This document shows, one piece after another, positions 29,411-40,133 of a DNA stretch of 64,000 nt (position 1 is its first letter; each line of letters opens with the position of its first letter). Made by a program: the position numbers and the translations under genes. The stretch comes from Alphaproteobacteria bacterium (lineage in GTDB: Bacteria; Pseudomonadota; Alphaproteobacteria; SHVP01), in contig CANJEJ010000001.1 of the NCBI GenBank assembly GCA_947473325.1, forward strand, positions 15,255 through 79,254, written 5' to 3'. The notes under the pieces were generated by a model that saw only the letters and a program-made list of their open reading frames with translations, had not been told where the DNA came from and made no database searches.

Positions 29411-30229
29411 ATGCGACGCTTCAACCTTCACCTGGTTTCTGACGCCACCGGAGAAACACTCGAACTGGTGGCACGTGCCGCCATCACCCAGTTCGAGGAC
29501 ACTGAACCGGAAATCTTCATCTGGAACATGATCCGTTCGCCGGGTCAGCTGCAGGTGGCGATCGACGGCATCCAGGAAAGCCCCGGTGTGGTCTATTTCA
29601 CGCTGGTGAATCGCGACCTCAAGCGCGACCTGCAGAATGCCTGCCGCAGCATGGAAGTGCCCTGCGTCGACATTCTTGATCCTGCCATTGCCGTGCTGCG
29701 CTCCTATCTCAAGACTGAAGCCAGCAACGAGCCGGGCAGCCAGCATGAGATGGACGAGGAGTATTTCCGCCGCATCGAGGCGATGACCTTCTGTCTCGCG
29801 CATGACGATGGCCAGTCCCTGCATGACATCGACCAGGCTGATGTCATCCTGCTTGGTGTGTCGCGCTCGTCGAAAACGCCAACCTGCATGTATCTCGCCA
29901 ATCGTGGCATCAAGGCCGCCAACATTCCGCTGGTGCCGGGGCAAGCCTTGCCAGATGAAATCATCGGCATGCGCGGCCCGTTGATGGTCGGATTGACCAA
30001 CAGCGCCAAACGCCTGGCCGAGGTCCGGCGCACACGGTTGCAGCAGCTGCACAAGGAAGACGACACGTCCTACACCGATGAGGAATCGATCAAAGAGGAA
30101 GTCGCCGACGCGCGCCGTCTGTTCAACAAGAACAAGTGGCCAGTAATTGACACCACGGGCCGTTCGATCGAGGAAACCGCCGCGGCCATCCTGCGCCTGC
30201 TGCAGAAGCGGAATGCGCCGAATGACTGA
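29411..30229 (+). CDS. Pyruvate,phosphate dikinase / PEP synthase regulatory protein-like kinase-pyrophosphorylase (DUF299, RP001 homologue)
   Basis: Trimmed to MRRFNLHLVSDATGETL; P-loop LLGVSRSSKTP. Confidence 0.9.
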   Translation: MRRFNLHLVSDATGETLELVARAAITQFEDTEPEIFIWNMIRSPGQLQVAIDGIQESPGVVYFTLVNRDLKRDLQNACRSMEVPCVDILDPAIAVLRSYLKTEASNEPGSQHEMDEEYFRRIEAMTFCLAHDDGQSLHDIDQADVILLGVSRSSKTPTCMYLANRGIKAANIPLVPGQALPDEIIGMRGPLMVGLTNSAKRLAEVRRTRLQQLHKEDDTSYTDEESIKEEVADARRLFNKNKWPVIDTTGRSIEETAAAILRLLQKRNAPND

Positions 30230-30824
30230 GGCGATCGTCATCCTCGCCTCAGGCAGCACTGCCCGCGCCCGGCTGCTGCGCGCCGCCGGCCTTCTGATCG
30301 AAGTCGATCCCGCCGGCGTGGATGAAGATGAAATCAAGGCGAGCATGAAGGCCGAAGGGGCGCCCGTCTCCGACGTCGCCCAGGCGCTGGCGGATCTGAA
30401 AGCCTCGCGCAAGTCAGTGGGCTATCCCGGTCATTTCGTCATTGGAGCCGACCAGATGCTCGACTGCGACGGCGCCTGGTTCGACAAGCCGCCGACGCTT
30501 GAAAAGGCCCGGGCACAGCTCGCCGCGCTATCCGGTCGGACGCACCATCTGCACACGGCCGCATCAATCGCGCGCGACGGCAGCGTGATCTGGCGGCACA
30601 TGACCCGCCCGGCCTTGACCATGCGCAAACTGTCGAATGAATTTCTCGACGCCTATGTGCACAGCGAGGGCGATGACCTGCTGGGCTCGGTCGGCGCCTA
30701 CCGGCTGGAGGGGCGCGGGGCGCAGCTTTTTTTGGACATCCGCGGCGACTATTTCTCCATCCTTGGCCTGCCGCTCTTGCCGCTGCTCGATTTTCTCCGT
30801 ACCCATGACGTGTTGCCGACCTGA
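30222..30824 (+). CDS. maf: Maf-like nucleoside triphosphate pyrophosphatase
   Basis: Trimmed to MTEAIVILASGSTARARLL; the ATG overlaps the upstream stop. Confidence 0.9.
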   Translation: MTEAIVILASGSTARARLLRAAGLLIEVDPAGVDEDEIKASMKAEGAPVSDVAQALADLKASRKSVGYPGHFVIGADQMLDCDGAWFDKPPTLEKARAQLAALSGRTHHLHTAASIARDGSVIWRHMTRPALTMRKLSNEFLDAYVHSEGDDLLGSVGAYRLEGRGAQLFLDIRGDYFSILGLPLLPLLDFLRTHDVLPT

Positions 30825-30835
30825 AAGAATCTAGC

Positions 30836-31678
30836 GTGATGTTTCTCACCGGTAAGGCGCTGATTGCCGGCGTGATCGGCTGGCCCGTTTCTCACTCCCG
30901 TTCGCCCCGCCTGCATGGCCATTGGCTGAAGACCTATGGCATCGACGGCGCCTATGTTCCCCTCGCCGTGCCGCCAACGCGCATCGAAGACGCCATTCGC
31001 GCGCTGCCGGCGCTGGGCTTTGCCGGCGCCAATGTCACCGTGCCACACAAGGAAGCGGCGGCGCGGCTGGCCGATGACGTCGACGACTTCGCCCGCCGCC
31101 TGGGCGCCGCCAACACGCTGGTGGTCAAGCCCGATGGCCGTATTGCAGCCAGCAACAGCGATGCCTTCGGCTTCCTGGAAAACCTGCGCCAGCGTGCGCC
31201 CGGATTCCGGGCGAACGCGGGACCGGTGGTTGTGCTCGGGTCCGGAGGTGCCGCGCGCGCGGTGGTCGTGGCGCTGGCCGATGCAGGCGCGCCCGAAATC
31301 CGGATCGTGAACAGGACACTGGCGCGGGCCTCGGGCCTTTGCCATCTGGCGCCCTCCGTCGCACGGGCGATGCCATGGCCGGACATGGCGGCGGCGCTGG
31401 CCGATGCGGTCCTGCTGGTCAACACCACGTCGCTCGGCATGGAAGGCCAGCCGCCGCTCGAGATCGATCTCGGCCGCCTGCCGCCGCGCGCGCTGGTCAA
31501 CGATATCGTCTATACGCCGCTCGAAACGGCTCTACTCGCATCCGCTGCGGCACGTGGCAACCCCGTTGTGGATGGTCTCGGCATGCTGCTCCACCAGGCG
31601 CGACCCGGATTCAAGGCGTGGTTCGGCCGCGAGCCGGAAGTGACAGACGACCTGCGCCGGGTTGTCCTTGCGCCATGA
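30836..31678 (+). CDS. aroE: Shikimate dehydrogenase
   Basis: 280 aa. GVIGWPVSHSRSPRLHG, NVTVPHKE, LGSGGAARA. Confidence 0.93.
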   Translation: MMFLTGKALIAGVIGWPVSHSRSPRLHGHWLKTYGIDGAYVPLAVPPTRIEDAIRALPALGFAGANVTVPHKEAAARLADDVDDFARRLGAANTLVVKPDGRIAASNSDAFGFLENLRQRAPGFRANAGPVVVLGSGGAARAVVVALADAGAPEIRIVNRTLARASGLCHLAPSVARAMPWPDMAAALADAVLLVNTTSLGMEGQPPLEIDLGRLPPRALVNDIVYTPLETALLASAAARGNPVVDGLGMLLHQARPGFKAWFGREPEVTDDLRRVVLAP

Positions 31679-32298
31679 TCATCCTCGGCCTGACCGGATC
31701 CATCGGCATGGGCAAGAGCGAGGCGGCGCGCGGGTTTCATCGCCTCGGCATTCCGGTCTTCGATTCGGATGCCGCTGTTCACAAAGTGATGCGCCGCAAT
31801 GGTCGGGCGGTGCCGCGCATCGCCCATGAATTTCCCGACGTGGTGACGGCCGGCGTGATTGACCGCCAGGCGCTCGGCCGCCACGTCTTCGCCAACCCGG
31901 CGTCGCTGCGCCGGCTCGAATCCATCATCCACCCGATGGTGCGCGACGAACGCGACCGCTTCCTGAAGCGCATGCGGGCGCGACGCCAGCCGCTGGTGGT
32001 GCTGGACGTGCCACTGCTGTTCGAGGGCGGCGGAAACCGGCAATGCGACTACACGGCGGTCGTGTCTGCACCGCATCGCGTGCAGCGGGCACGCGTGATG
32101 GCGCGGGCAGGCATGACGGCGGAAAAGCTCGCGGGTATCCTGCAACAGCAGATGCCAGACGCAGAAAAGCGCCGACGCGCCGATTTCGTCATTCCCACCG
32201 GGGGGTCGCGCCGGCAGTCCTTGCGCGTGATTCGCGGCCTCGTCACAATGCTGCGCAACGCACCCAAGAATCGGCACCGTCAACACCATCATGGCTGA
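31675..32298 (+). CDS. coaE: Dephospho-CoA kinase
   Basis: Track ORF 31339..32298 trimmed to MIILGLTGSIGMGKSE (ATGA overlap with the aroE stop). Confidence 0.93.
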   Translation: MIILGLTGSIGMGKSEAARGFHRLGIPVFDSDAAVHKVMRRNGRAVPRIAHEFPDVVTAGVIDRQALGRHVFANPASLRRLESIIHPMVRDERDRFLKRMRARRQPLVVLDVPLLFEGGGNRQCDYTAVVSAPHRVQRARVMARAGMTAEKLAGILQQQMPDAEKRRRADFVIPTGGSRRQSLRVIRGLVTMLRNAPKNRHRQHHHG

Positions 32299-32971
32299 AC
32301 GCGAAATCATCCTCGACACCGAAACCACCGGTCTGCGGCCCGACGAAGGCCATCGCGTGGTCGAGATCGGCTGTATCGAACTCGTCAACTACGTGCCGAC
32401 GGGGCGCGTCTATCACGCCTATGTCAACCCGGAACGGTCGATGCCGGCCGAAGCCTTTGCCGTGCACGGCCTGTCTGACGATTTCCTGCGGGACAAGCCA
32501 CTGTTTGGCGCCGTGGCCGATGACTTCCTGGAATTCGTCGGCGATGCGCCCGTCATCGCGCACAACGCGCGCTTCGACATGGGCTTCGTCAACGCCGAAC
32601 TGACGCGCATCAAGCGCAGCCTGCTGATGCCGCCGCGGGTGATCGACACCGCCGACATGGCGCGGCGCAAGTTTCCCGGTTCGCCAGCGTCGCTCGATGC
32701 ACTGTGCAAGCGCTTCAACATCGACAACTCGAGCCGCACCAAGCACGGTGCGCTGCTCGACGCCGAACTACTGGCCGAGGTCTATATCGAGCTTATCGGC
32801 GGCCGGCAGACATCGCTCGACATCGCGGCCGGCGGCACGGTGGTGATCGAGGAAACGACGGTCATGGTGCAGAGCTGGCCCGACCGTGTGTTCGCGGTGA
32901 GCGACGAGGAACTCGCCGCCCATGCCGAATTTGTCCAGAAGCTGAAGGAGCCGATCTGGCTCCTGCCCTGA
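32291..32971 (+). CDS. dnaQ: DNA polymerase III subunit epsilon (proofreading exonuclease)
   Basis: 226 aa. Exo I ILDTETTGL, Exo II VIAHNARFD, Exo III HGALLDAELLAEVY. Confidence 0.95.
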   Translation: MAEREIILDTETTGLRPDEGHRVVEIGCIELVNYVPTGRVYHAYVNPERSMPAEAFAVHGLSDDFLRDKPLFGAVADDFLEFVGDAPVIAHNARFDMGFVNAELTRIKRSLLMPPRVIDTADMARRKFPGSPASLDALCKRFNIDNSSRTKHGALLDAELLAEVYIELIGGRQTSLDIAAGGTVVIEETTVMVQSWPDRVFAVSDEELAAHAEFVQKLKEPIWLLP

Positions 32972-32978
32972 AGGGCGC

Positions 32979-33458
32979 TCAGGCCGTCGCGGGCGGCTGA
33001 CTGGCTTGTGCTTCGGCCGCCGCAAGCTGCTGCTGGTACATCGTGGTGAAATCGATCGGGTCGATCAGCAGCGGCGGGAAGCCGCCGTCGCGCGTCATGT
33101 CGGCAATGACACGACGGGCGAAGGGGAAGATCAGCCGCGGGCATTCCGTCAGGCAGATCGCCTGGCGATGCTCCATCGGGAAATTGCGCAACTCGAAGAA
33201 ACCGGCATAGACCACCTCGGCGACAAAGGCGGTGCGATCGCCCCGCTTGGCGGTGGCCGTGGTGCGCAGCGCCACCTCGTAGCGGTTCTCACCCATCGGC
33301 TTCGCCTGGATATCCACCGTCACCTCGATTTGCGGCGATGGCTCGCCCGGCGCCAGGCTGGCCGGCGTGTTCGGGCTTTCGAAGGACGCATCCTTCAGGT
33401 ACTGGGCCAGGAGCGCCATCTGCGGGCGCGTGTCCTGGGCGGCGGAAACGTCGGTCAT
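32979..33458 (-). CDS. secB: Protein-export chaperone SecB
   Basis: 159 aa. YLKDASFESPN, CPRLIFPFARRVIAD. Confidence 0.93.
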   Translation of the reverse strand: MTDVSAAQDTRPQMALLAQYLKDASFESPNTPASLAPGEPSPQIEVTVDIQAKPMGENRYEVALRTTATAKRGDRTAFVAEVVYAGFFELRNFPMEHRQAICLTECPRLIFPFARRVIADMTRDGGFPPLLIDPIDFTTMYQQQLAAAEAQASQPPATA

Positions 33459-33568
33459 GCAAGCTCCACGGGCCGAAAGGAAGTCAGGGACGAAAGAGGG
33501 CCCTGGCGAAAAAGGTCGGGCGCCTCGCTATCACAGACGGCGCCAGTGGCACAAGCCGAGGGCGCTGT

Positions 33569-34054
33569 TCAGCGCGGGGCAGCCGGGTTCGACCAGGGAC
33601 TGCCCGGCCGGCCAGAACCCGGCGGCGGCGTTACATCGGTGTAGTCGCCATCGATGACTGTGCCACCACTGGGCGCACGCGGCGCCGGCCCCGGAAAGGG
33701 ACCGCCCGCCATCCGCAGCGGAATACAGCGCGCCACCCAGACCTGAAAGGCCGGCACGAGCAGCAGCAGGGCCAGGATGTCGGTCAGGAAGCCGGGAATG
33801 ATCAGCAGGAGACCGGCGACGACGGAAAAGGCACCGGCGAGCAGCGCGTTTTCCGGCGACTTGCCGGCGGCGGCATCGGCGCGCGCCTGCCACAGCACGG
33901 CGAGACCGGAGGCACGGATCAGCAGCATGCCCGCCAGCCCGGTCAGGATGAGGACCAGCAGGGTCGGCCACAGCCCGATCTGGGTACCAACCGCGATCAG
34001 GACCGCGATTTCGGCAAGCGGCAGGCCGATCAGAATGGCGAGAAGAAGGGGCAT
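33569..34054 (-). CDS. fxsA: FxsA family membrane protein
   Basis: 161 aa. LPLAEIAVLIAVG, IIPGFLTDILALLLLVP. Confidence 0.85.
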   Translation of the reverse strand: MPLLLAILIGLPLAEIAVLIAVGTQIGLWPTLLVLILTGLAGMLLIRASGLAVLWQARADAAAGKSPENALLAGAFSVVAGLLLIIPGFLTDILALLLLVPAFQVWVARCIPLRMAGGPFPGPAPRAPSGGTVIDGDYTDVTPPPGSGRPGSPWSNPAAPR

Positions 34055-34209
34055 GGTGGTTGTGCTATCCCGGTAACGACCTTAGCTATATAGGGCAGGC
34101 GGTGGCCGGTTCCACCGTTGGACTCGCTGGGAATGACGCACTAGTGTGCGTTTTACCTTCCAAATCAAAGGAATAGCACCGCCCCGCCGTGCGGTGCCCA
34201 GAGGACACG

Positions 34210-34887
34210 ATGGGCGAAGGGTTTCAGTTTATCGAGATTGTCCTGTTCGCCATGGTCGCGGTCTTTCTGATCCTGCGACTGCGCAGTGTGCTCGGCCGCC
34301 GCACCGGCACCGAACGGCCGCCACAGCGTCCACCCTATGCCGAGCCGCGCGAGCGGACCGACGACAAGGTTGTCCCGCTGCCCGACCGCAAGGGGTCCAC
34401 GCCCGGCCCCGATGTCAGCTACAGCAAGGATCCGGCGGTGAATGCCGGCCTCAAGTCCATCATCGGCGCCGACCGCACCTTCGACACCGAGGGCTTCGTC
34501 GGCGGCGCCCGCACCGCCTATGACATGGTGCTCGCCTCCTTCGCCACCGGCGACACCGAAACACTGCGCGCGCTGCTCGATGACGACGTCTATGACCGCT
34601 TCCGCCGCGCCATCGCCGACCGCGAGACGCGGGGCGAGACACTGGAAACCACACTTGTAGCGCTGCGCTCCGCCGAGATCATCGAAGCGCGCCTCAACGC
34701 TCGCACCGCCGAACTCACCGTCAAATTCGTCAGCGAGCTTGTTTCGGTCACGCGCGACAAATCCGGCGCGGTCATTTCAGGCGATCCGCACGGCGCCAAG
34801 ACGGTTACCGACTATTGGACCTTTGCGCGCGACACAAGGTCGTCGGATCCCAACTGGAAACTTGTCGCGACCCGTAGCGAATCTTGA
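34210..34887 (+). CDS. Tim44-like domain protein
   Basis: Trimmed to MGEGFQFIEIVLFAMVAVFLILRLRSVLGRR; C-terminal Tim44-like fold region ...DYWTFARD...DPNWKLVAT. Confidence 0.85.
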   Translation: MGEGFQFIEIVLFAMVAVFLILRLRSVLGRRTGTERPPQRPPYAEPRERTDDKVVPLPDRKGSTPGPDVSYSKDPAVNAGLKSIIGADRTFDTEGFVGGARTAYDMVLASFATGDTETLRALLDDDVYDRFRRAIADRETRGETLETTLVALRSAEIIEARLNARTAELTVKFVSELVSVTRDKSGAVISGDPHGAKTVTDYWTFARDTRSSDPNWKLVATRSES

Positions 34888-36104
34888 TTACCGGTCGTCT
34901 TGCCGGACTGCTGTTTGTCTTTGCAGTCCTCGCCCTCGGCATCGCCGCTTTCTGGATTTTCCAGCCCGAGCCTCCTGAAGACCGGCAGAAACTGCAGCCC
35001 GTCACCTTCGCCTCGCTCGACGGTTGGGACAGCGACGCGATGGACCAAGCGCTCAGCGCCTTCCAGGTGTCCTGCCGCCGCGTCCTCACTTTCCCGGCCG
35101 AACGTTCCATGGGCGGCAGCGGCATGGCCGGCACCGCCGCCGACTGGAAGCCGGCTTGCGAAGCTGCCGTGGCGCTGCCGCCGACCGATGTGGAAGGGGC
35201 ACGCCGCTTCTTCCAGACCTGGTTCCGACCCGCGCGGGTGCAGAACAACGGCGACGATATCGGGCTCTTTACCGGCTACTACGAACCGGTGCTCAACGGC
35301 AGCCTGACACGCGAAGGCGCCTTCACCACGCCGCTCTATGCCGTGCCGCCGCATCACATCAGCGTCGATCTCGGCGAATTCCGCACGGAGTGGAAGGGCC
35401 AGCGCATAGTCGGCCGCGTCGAAGGCAACCGGTTTCGTCCCGCCGAATCGCGCAAGGAGATCGATGCCGGCGCGCTCACCGGCAAGGCGACGCCGCTGGT
35501 CTGGGTGGACGATCCGGTCGATGCCTTCTTCCTGCACATCCAGGGGTCGGGACTTGTCACCTTTCCCGACGGCTCGACGCGCCGCGTCGGCTTTGCGGCC
35601 ACTAACGGCCAGCGCTACTACGCCGTCGGCAAGACGCTGATCGACAAGGGCGAGGTGCCATCCGACCAGATGTCGATGCAGGCCATCCGTGCCTGGATGG
35701 AGAAGAACCAAGGCCAGGCCCAGAGCCTGATGGAAGAAAACCCCTCGTATGTCTTCTTCCGCTTCCTCGAAGGCACCGCACCGGTCGGTTCGACAGGCGT
35801 TGGCCTCACGCCCGGCCGTTCGCTCGCCATAGACCCGAAGTGGATCGCCTATGGCATCCCGCTCTGGCTCGACCTCAATGTGAATCCGAAGGACGCGGCC
35901 AGCCGCCGCCCGACACAGTTGCGCCGCCTGGTCGTGGCGCAGGACACCGGCGGCGCCATCCGCGGCATTGTGCGCGGCGACGTGTATTGGGGCACGGGCG
36001 ACGACGCGGCGAGTCTGGCCGGCGCGATGAAGGAATATGGCCGCTACTACGCGCTGCTGCCGCGCGATCTACTCGCGCGCCAGGCCAAGGAAAGCGGGAA
36101 CTGA
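34884..36104 (+). CDS. mltA: Murein transglycosylase A
   Basis: 406 aa, TTG start. GYYEP, VDAFFLHIQGSG, GRSLAIDP, VAQDTGGAIRG (3D domain). Confidence 0.9.
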   Translation: MITGRLAGLLFVFAVLALGIAAFWIFQPEPPEDRQKLQPVTFASLDGWDSDAMDQALSAFQVSCRRVLTFPAERSMGGSGMAGTAADWKPACEAAVALPPTDVEGARRFFQTWFRPARVQNNGDDIGLFTGYYEPVLNGSLTREGAFTTPLYAVPPHHISVDLGEFRTEWKGQRIVGRVEGNRFRPAESRKEIDAGALTGKATPLVWVDDPVDAFFLHIQGSGLVTFPDGSTRRVGFAATNGQRYYAVGKTLIDKGEVPSDQMSMQAIRAWMEKNQGQAQSLMEENPSYVFFRFLEGTAPVGSTGVGLTPGRSLAIDPKWIAYGIPLWLDLNVNPKDAASRRPTQLRRLVVAQDTGGAIRGIVRGDVYWGTGDDAASLAGAMKEYGRYYALLPRDLLARQAKESGN

Positions 36105-36105
36105 C

Positions 36106-36705
36106 ATGGCGCGCGCGCGCCGGTCGGGGGCCGGTGTCCGCGTTCTGGCGGCGGACGAGCAGGCGCTGTGGGACGCGGTGACGCGCGACATGCGCCGCCT
36201 CCATGGCCAGCGGAAGGCAACCCCAATCACCGTGATGGAAACCGCGGCTGCAAACCTGGCGGCCGCAACGCCGGCCAAGCCGCTGCCACGCACTACTGCC
36301 GTGCTGCTGCCCGCGATCACGATGCCCCCTGTCGAGCCCCTGTCCATCGACCGCCGCAGCGCGCAGAAGCTGCGGCGCGGCAAACTCGCCATCGAAGGCC
36401 GACTTGACCTGCATGGCATGACGCAGGACGAAGCCTATCAGGCGCTTTCCGGGTTCGTGACCTCCAGTGTGCGGCGTGGTCACAAATATCTGCTGATCAT
36501 CACCGGCAAGGGATCGTTCCGTGCGCTACGCGACGGGCGAATGTTCGAAACGCCCACCGGCGTGCTGCGCGACCAGCTGCCGAAGTGGCTGGCGGCACCG
36601 GGCCTGCGCCGCCACATCCAGGCGATCCAGCCCGCGGCCCGCTACCATGGCGGCGACGGCGCCTTCTACGTGCTGTTGCGACGGGCGCGAAAGGCGGTCG
36701 AATGA
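36106..36705 (+). CDS. Smr/MutS2-family domain protein
   Basis: Trimmed to MARARRSGAG; C-terminal Smr domain LDLHGMTQDEAYQAL...LLIITGKG. Confidence 0.85.
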   Translation: MARARRSGAGVRVLAADEQALWDAVTRDMRRLHGQRKATPITVMETAAANLAAATPAKPLPRTTAVLLPAITMPPVEPLSIDRRSAQKLRRGKLAIEGRLDLHGMTQDEAYQALSGFVTSSVRRGHKYLLIITGKGSFRALRDGRMFETPTGVLRDQLPKWLAAPGLRRHIQAIQPAARYHGGDGAFYVLLRRARKAVE

Positions 36706-37055
36706 CACCCTTCGGCGAAAAGATGCGCGCGTTGCGACACGAGCGTGGCCTGACGCTGAAGGAAATGGCCGCGGCCCTGCAACTCTCGCCGGCTTATCTT
36801 TCGGCGCTGGAACACGGCAAGCGCGGCAAACCGACGGCGCTTCTGTTGCATCAGATCTGCAGCTATTTCCAGATCATCTGGGACGAGGCGGAAGAGCTGA
36901 AGGAGCTGGCGGGCGTTTCTCACCCCCGTGTTGTCGTCGATACAGCGGGACTCAGCGCGCGGGCCACCCTGCTCGCCAACAAGCTCGCAGCCAAGATCGG
37001 CACCCTGCCGGAGGAGACGGTCGATCGCCTCCTCAAGGAACTGGAAAAACCCTGA
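36702..37055 (+). CDS. XRE-family helix-turn-helix protein
   Basis: Trimmed to MTPFGEKMRALRHERGLTLKEMAAALQLSPAYLSALEHGKRG; ATGA overlap with smr. Confidence 0.85.
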   Translation: MTPFGEKMRALRHERGLTLKEMAAALQLSPAYLSALEHGKRGKPTALLLHQICSYFQIIWDEAEELKELAGVSHPRVVVDTAGLSARATLLANKLAAKIGTLPEETVDRLLKELEKP

Positions 37056-37058
37056 CCG

Positions 37059-38375
37059 CTACAGGATGAACTTCGACAGGTCGGCGTTCTTGGCGAGGTC
37101 GGCTACTTGCGCGCGAACATAAGCGCGGTCCACCAAGACGGTCGTGTTGGGCCGGTCGGTGGCGGCGAAGCTCACCTCGTCCAGCAACCGTTCCATCACC
37201 GTGTGCAGCCGCCGCGCGCCGATGTTCTCCACCGTCGCGTTCACTTCGGCGGCCAGGTTGGCGACCTCGTCGATGCCGTCGGCGGTGAAATCGAGCGTCA
37301 CGCCCTCAGTGCCCAGCAGCGCGACATATTGCTTGATCAGGCTGGCTTCCGGCTCGGTTAGGATGCGGCGGAAATCGTCGCGCGAGAGCGGCTTCAGCTC
37401 GACGCGAATTGGCAAGCGGCCCTGCAATTCGGGCAGCAGATCGGACGGTTTCGCAATGTGGAATGCGCCCGAGGCGACAAACAGGATGTAGTCGGTGCGC
37501 ACCGTGCCATGCTTGGTGTTCACCTGTGTGCCTTCGATTAATGGCAGCAGGTCGCGCTGCACGCCTTCGCGGCTTACATCGGCGCCCATGCGTTCGCTGC
37601 GCGCACAGATCTTGTCAATCTCGTCGATGAAGACGATGCCGTGCTGCTCCACCCGCTCGATCGCTTCCTTGATCAGCTTGTCCTGATCCAGAAGCTTGTC
37701 GCTCTCTTCTGCAATCAGCACTTCATAGGATTCGAGCACGGTCATGCGGCGCGCCTTGGTGCGCTGGCCGAAGGCCTTGCCCAGCATGTCGTTCAGGTTG
37801 ATCATGCCCATCTGGGCACCCGGCATGCCGGGAATGTCGAAGGTGGGCATCCCGCCCGCCGCCGACTCGGCAACCTGGATTTCCACTTCCTTCTGGTCGA
37901 GCTCGCCGCTGCGCAGGCGCTGGCGAAAGGCGTTGCGCGTCGACTCGCTGGAATTTGCGCCAACGAGGGCGTCAAGTACCCGCTCTTCCGCCAGAAGCTG
38001 GGCGCGTGCCTTTACCTCTTCGCGGCGCTGCTCGCGCACCATGGTGATGCCGATCTCGAGCAAGTCACGGATGATCTGCTCCACATCGCGGCCGACATAG
38101 CCGACCTCGGTGAACTTCGTCGCCTCGACCTTGAGGAAGGGTGCGTTGGCGAGACGGGCGAGACGGCGCGAGATTTCGGTCTTGCCCACGCCGGTCGGTC
38201 CGATCATCAGGATGTTCTTCGGCAGCACCTCGTCGCGCAGTGCCTGCGGCAGCTGCTGGCGGCGCCAGCGGTTGCGCAGGGCAACGGCGACGGCGCGCTT
38301 TGCCTCGGTCTGGCCGACGATGTAGCGGTCGAGCTCGGAGACGATCTCGCGCGGGGTGAACGCGGTGGAACTCAT
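37059..38375 (-). CDS. hslU: ATP-dependent protease ATPase subunit HslU
   Basis: 438 aa. [17 protein letters not shown], full-length HslU-like sequence. Confidence 0.97.
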   Translation of the reverse strand: MSSTAFTPREIVSELDRYIVGQTEAKRAVAVALRNRWRRQQLPQALRDEVLPKNILMIGPTGVGKTEISRRLARLANAPFLKVEATKFTEVGYVGRDVEQIIRDLLEIGITMVREQRREEVKARAQLLAEERVLDALVGANSSESTRNAFRQRLRSGELDQKEVEIQVAESAAGGMPTFDIPGMPGAQMGMINLNDMLGKAFGQRTKARRMTVLESYEVLIAEESDKLLDQDKLIKEAIERVEQHGIVFIDEIDKICARSERMGADVSREGVQRDLLPLIEGTQVNTKHGTVRTDYILFVASGAFHIAKPSDLLPELQGRLPIRVELKPLSRDDFRRILTEPEASLIKQYVALLGTEGVTLDFTADGIDEVANLAAEVNATVENIGARRLHTVMERLLDEVSFAATDRPNTTVLVDRAYVRAQVADLAKNADLSKFIL

Positions 38376-38379
38376 CAGC

Positions 38380-38928
38380 TTACAGGCTTTCCAGCGTAAC
38401 GTTGTCGTTGGTGTAAATGCAGATATCGGCGGCGATTTTCATCGCCTTGCGGGCGATGGCCTCAGCATCCATGTCCGGGCGGTCGATCAGCGCCCGGGCG
38501 GCGGCCAGGGCATAGGCACCGCCGGAGCCGATGCCGATCACGCCATCATCAGGCGACAGCACGTCGCCGCTGCCGGTCAGCACCAGACTGATGTCGGCAT
38601 TGGCCACCGCCATCAGCGCCTCAAGCTTGCGCAGGTAACGGTCGGTGCGCCAGTCCTTGGCCAGCTCCACGCAGGCGCGCTCGAGCGAGCCACCATGCTT
38701 CTCGAGCTTGCCTTCCAGCCGCTCGAACAGAGTGAAGGCGTCGGCGGTTGCGCCGGCGAAGCCCGCCAGAACCTGGCCATCGCCCAGCCGGCGTACCTTG
38801 CGGGCGGTCGCCTTCATCACCGTGTTGCCCATTGAAACCTGGCCGTCACCGGCGATCACGACCTTGCCGTCCTTGCGAACGGACAGGATGGTGGTGCCGT
38901 GCCAGGCGAGCGAATCGCGGTCCTGCAT
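38380..38928 (-). CDS. hslV: ATP-dependent protease subunit HslV
   Basis: Track ORF 38380..39072 trimmed to [30 protein letters not shown] (ATG 38926-38928). Confidence 0.95.
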   Translation of the reverse strand: MQDRDSLAWHGTTILSVRKDGKVVIAGDGQVSMGNTVMKATARKVRRLGDGQVLAGFAGATADAFTLFERLEGKLEKHGGSLERACVELAKDWRTDRYLRKLEALMAVANADISLVLTGSGDVLSPDDGVIGIGSGGAYALAAARALIDRPDMDAEAIARKAMKIAADICIYTNDNVTLESL

Positions 38929-38996
38929 GGATATCCTTTTTGGGGAATCCGGGCCTTCGGCCGGGAGGGGGCCCTGCGCGGCCCGGGGAACCCACG

Positions 38997-39024
38997 ATGT
39001 AAGCCCTTGTTCCGATGGGTCAAG
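38997..39024 (-). promoter_or_regulatory. possible RpoH (sigma-32)-type promoter for hslVU
   Basis: The minus strand reads CTTGAC-N15-CTTACAT about 70 nt upstream of the hslV ATG; similar to the alphaproteobacterial CTTG-N17-CYTATNT heat-shock consensus. Confidence 0.3.
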
Positions 39025-39122
39025 GGAGGCTTTTGGGCGCCGCAGGGGCGGCCATTGGCCTTTGCGGTCCAAAGTTGCTATAGGAGCGCCTTGATTCGCC
39101 GCCCAGCCTGAGGGAATCCGCC

Positions 39123-39722
39123 ATGCGCACGGCCACCGTCCAGCGCAAGACCAAGGAAACCGAGGTTTCGGTCACCATCAACCTGGATGGGACCGGCGTC
39201 TACGACGTCTCGACCGGGATTGGTTTCCTCGACCACATGCTGGAACAGCTGTCGCGCCATTCCCTTATCGACCTGACGGTGCGGGCGAAGGGCGACCTCC
39301 ACATCGACTTCCATCACACCAACGAAGACGTCGGCATCGTTATCGGCGAGGCGCTGACCAAGGCGCTGGGCGACCGGCGTGGCATCCTGCGATATGGCGC
39401 GGCCTCGATCCCGATGGACGAGACGATGACGCGTGTCTCGCTCGACTGCTCCAACCGCCCTTACCTTGTCTGGCGCGTGAAATTCCCGCAGGGCAAGCTT
39501 GGCGACATGGACACGGAGCTCTTCAAGGAGTTCTTCCAGGCCGTGGCGCAGGCAGGCGGCCTGACGCTGCATGTCGAAAATGCCTATGGCGACAACAGCC
39601 ACCACATCGCCGAATCCTGCTTCAAGGGGCTGGCGCAGGCGCTGCGCCAGGCGGTGGCGATCGACCCGCGGCAAAGCCAGGCCGTCCCGTCCACCAAAGG
39701 CGTGCTCGGCGGCACGCTCTAG
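39123..39722 (+). CDS. hisB: Imidazoleglycerol-phosphate dehydratase
   Basis: 199 aa. [35 protein letters not shown]. Confidence 0.96.
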   Translation: MRTATVQRKTKETEVSVTINLDGTGVYDVSTGIGFLDHMLEQLSRHSLIDLTVRAKGDLHIDFHHTNEDVGIVIGEALTKALGDRRGILRYGAASIPMDETMTRVSLDCSNRPYLVWRVKFPQGKLGDMDTELFKEFFQAVAQAGGLTLHVENAYGDNSHHIAESCFKGLAQALRQAVAIDPRQSQAVPSTKGVLGGTL

Positions 39723-39725
39723 ACC

Positions 39726-40133
39726 ATGCGGCTCTACACGGTGCACCAGAACCCGGATCCGCTGTCCGGGAACGACCTTGTGTTCCTGAAGGAAGGCTTC
39801 TGCTGGCCCGCGCTCTTCTTTCCCCTGCTCTGGCCGCTGTGGCATCGGCTCTGGCTCGTCACGCTGCTCGTGCTGGTCGCCAGTGGCGTGATCGACGCCG
39901 TGACGATGGAACTCGATTGGCCCGAAACGATGGTCGGCGTGCTGACGCTCGCCCTCGTCGTGCTCTACGCGGCCGAAGCCAACGATCTGCGGCGCTGGAC
40001 GCTGCGTCGTGGCGGTTGGCGCGAACTGGGCGTGGCCTCCGGCCGCACGCTCGCCGATGCCGAGCAGCGCTTCTTCACCATCCACGCGGTGACGCCGACA
40101 GGCGCTGTGGTGCCGCGCGGAGCTGTCGCGTGA
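39726..40133 (+). CDS. DUF2628-type small membrane protein
   Basis: 135 aa. [24 protein letters not shown]; commonly sits between hisB and hisH in alphaproteobacteria. Confidence 0.75.
   Translation: MRLYTVHQNPDPLSGNDLVFLKEGFCWPALFFPLLWPLWHRLWLVTLLVLVASGVIDAVTMELDWPETMVGVLTLALVVLYAAEANDLRRWTLRRGGWRELGVASGRTLADAEQRFFTIHAVTPTGAVVPRGAVA

Noticed and set aside
29063-29531. Small ORFs (95, 114 and 62 aa) inside the hemE/DUF299 intergenic region
   Set aside because: They have no RBS, no coding-like composition and no recognisable sequence. The region is better explained as the replication origin plus promoters.
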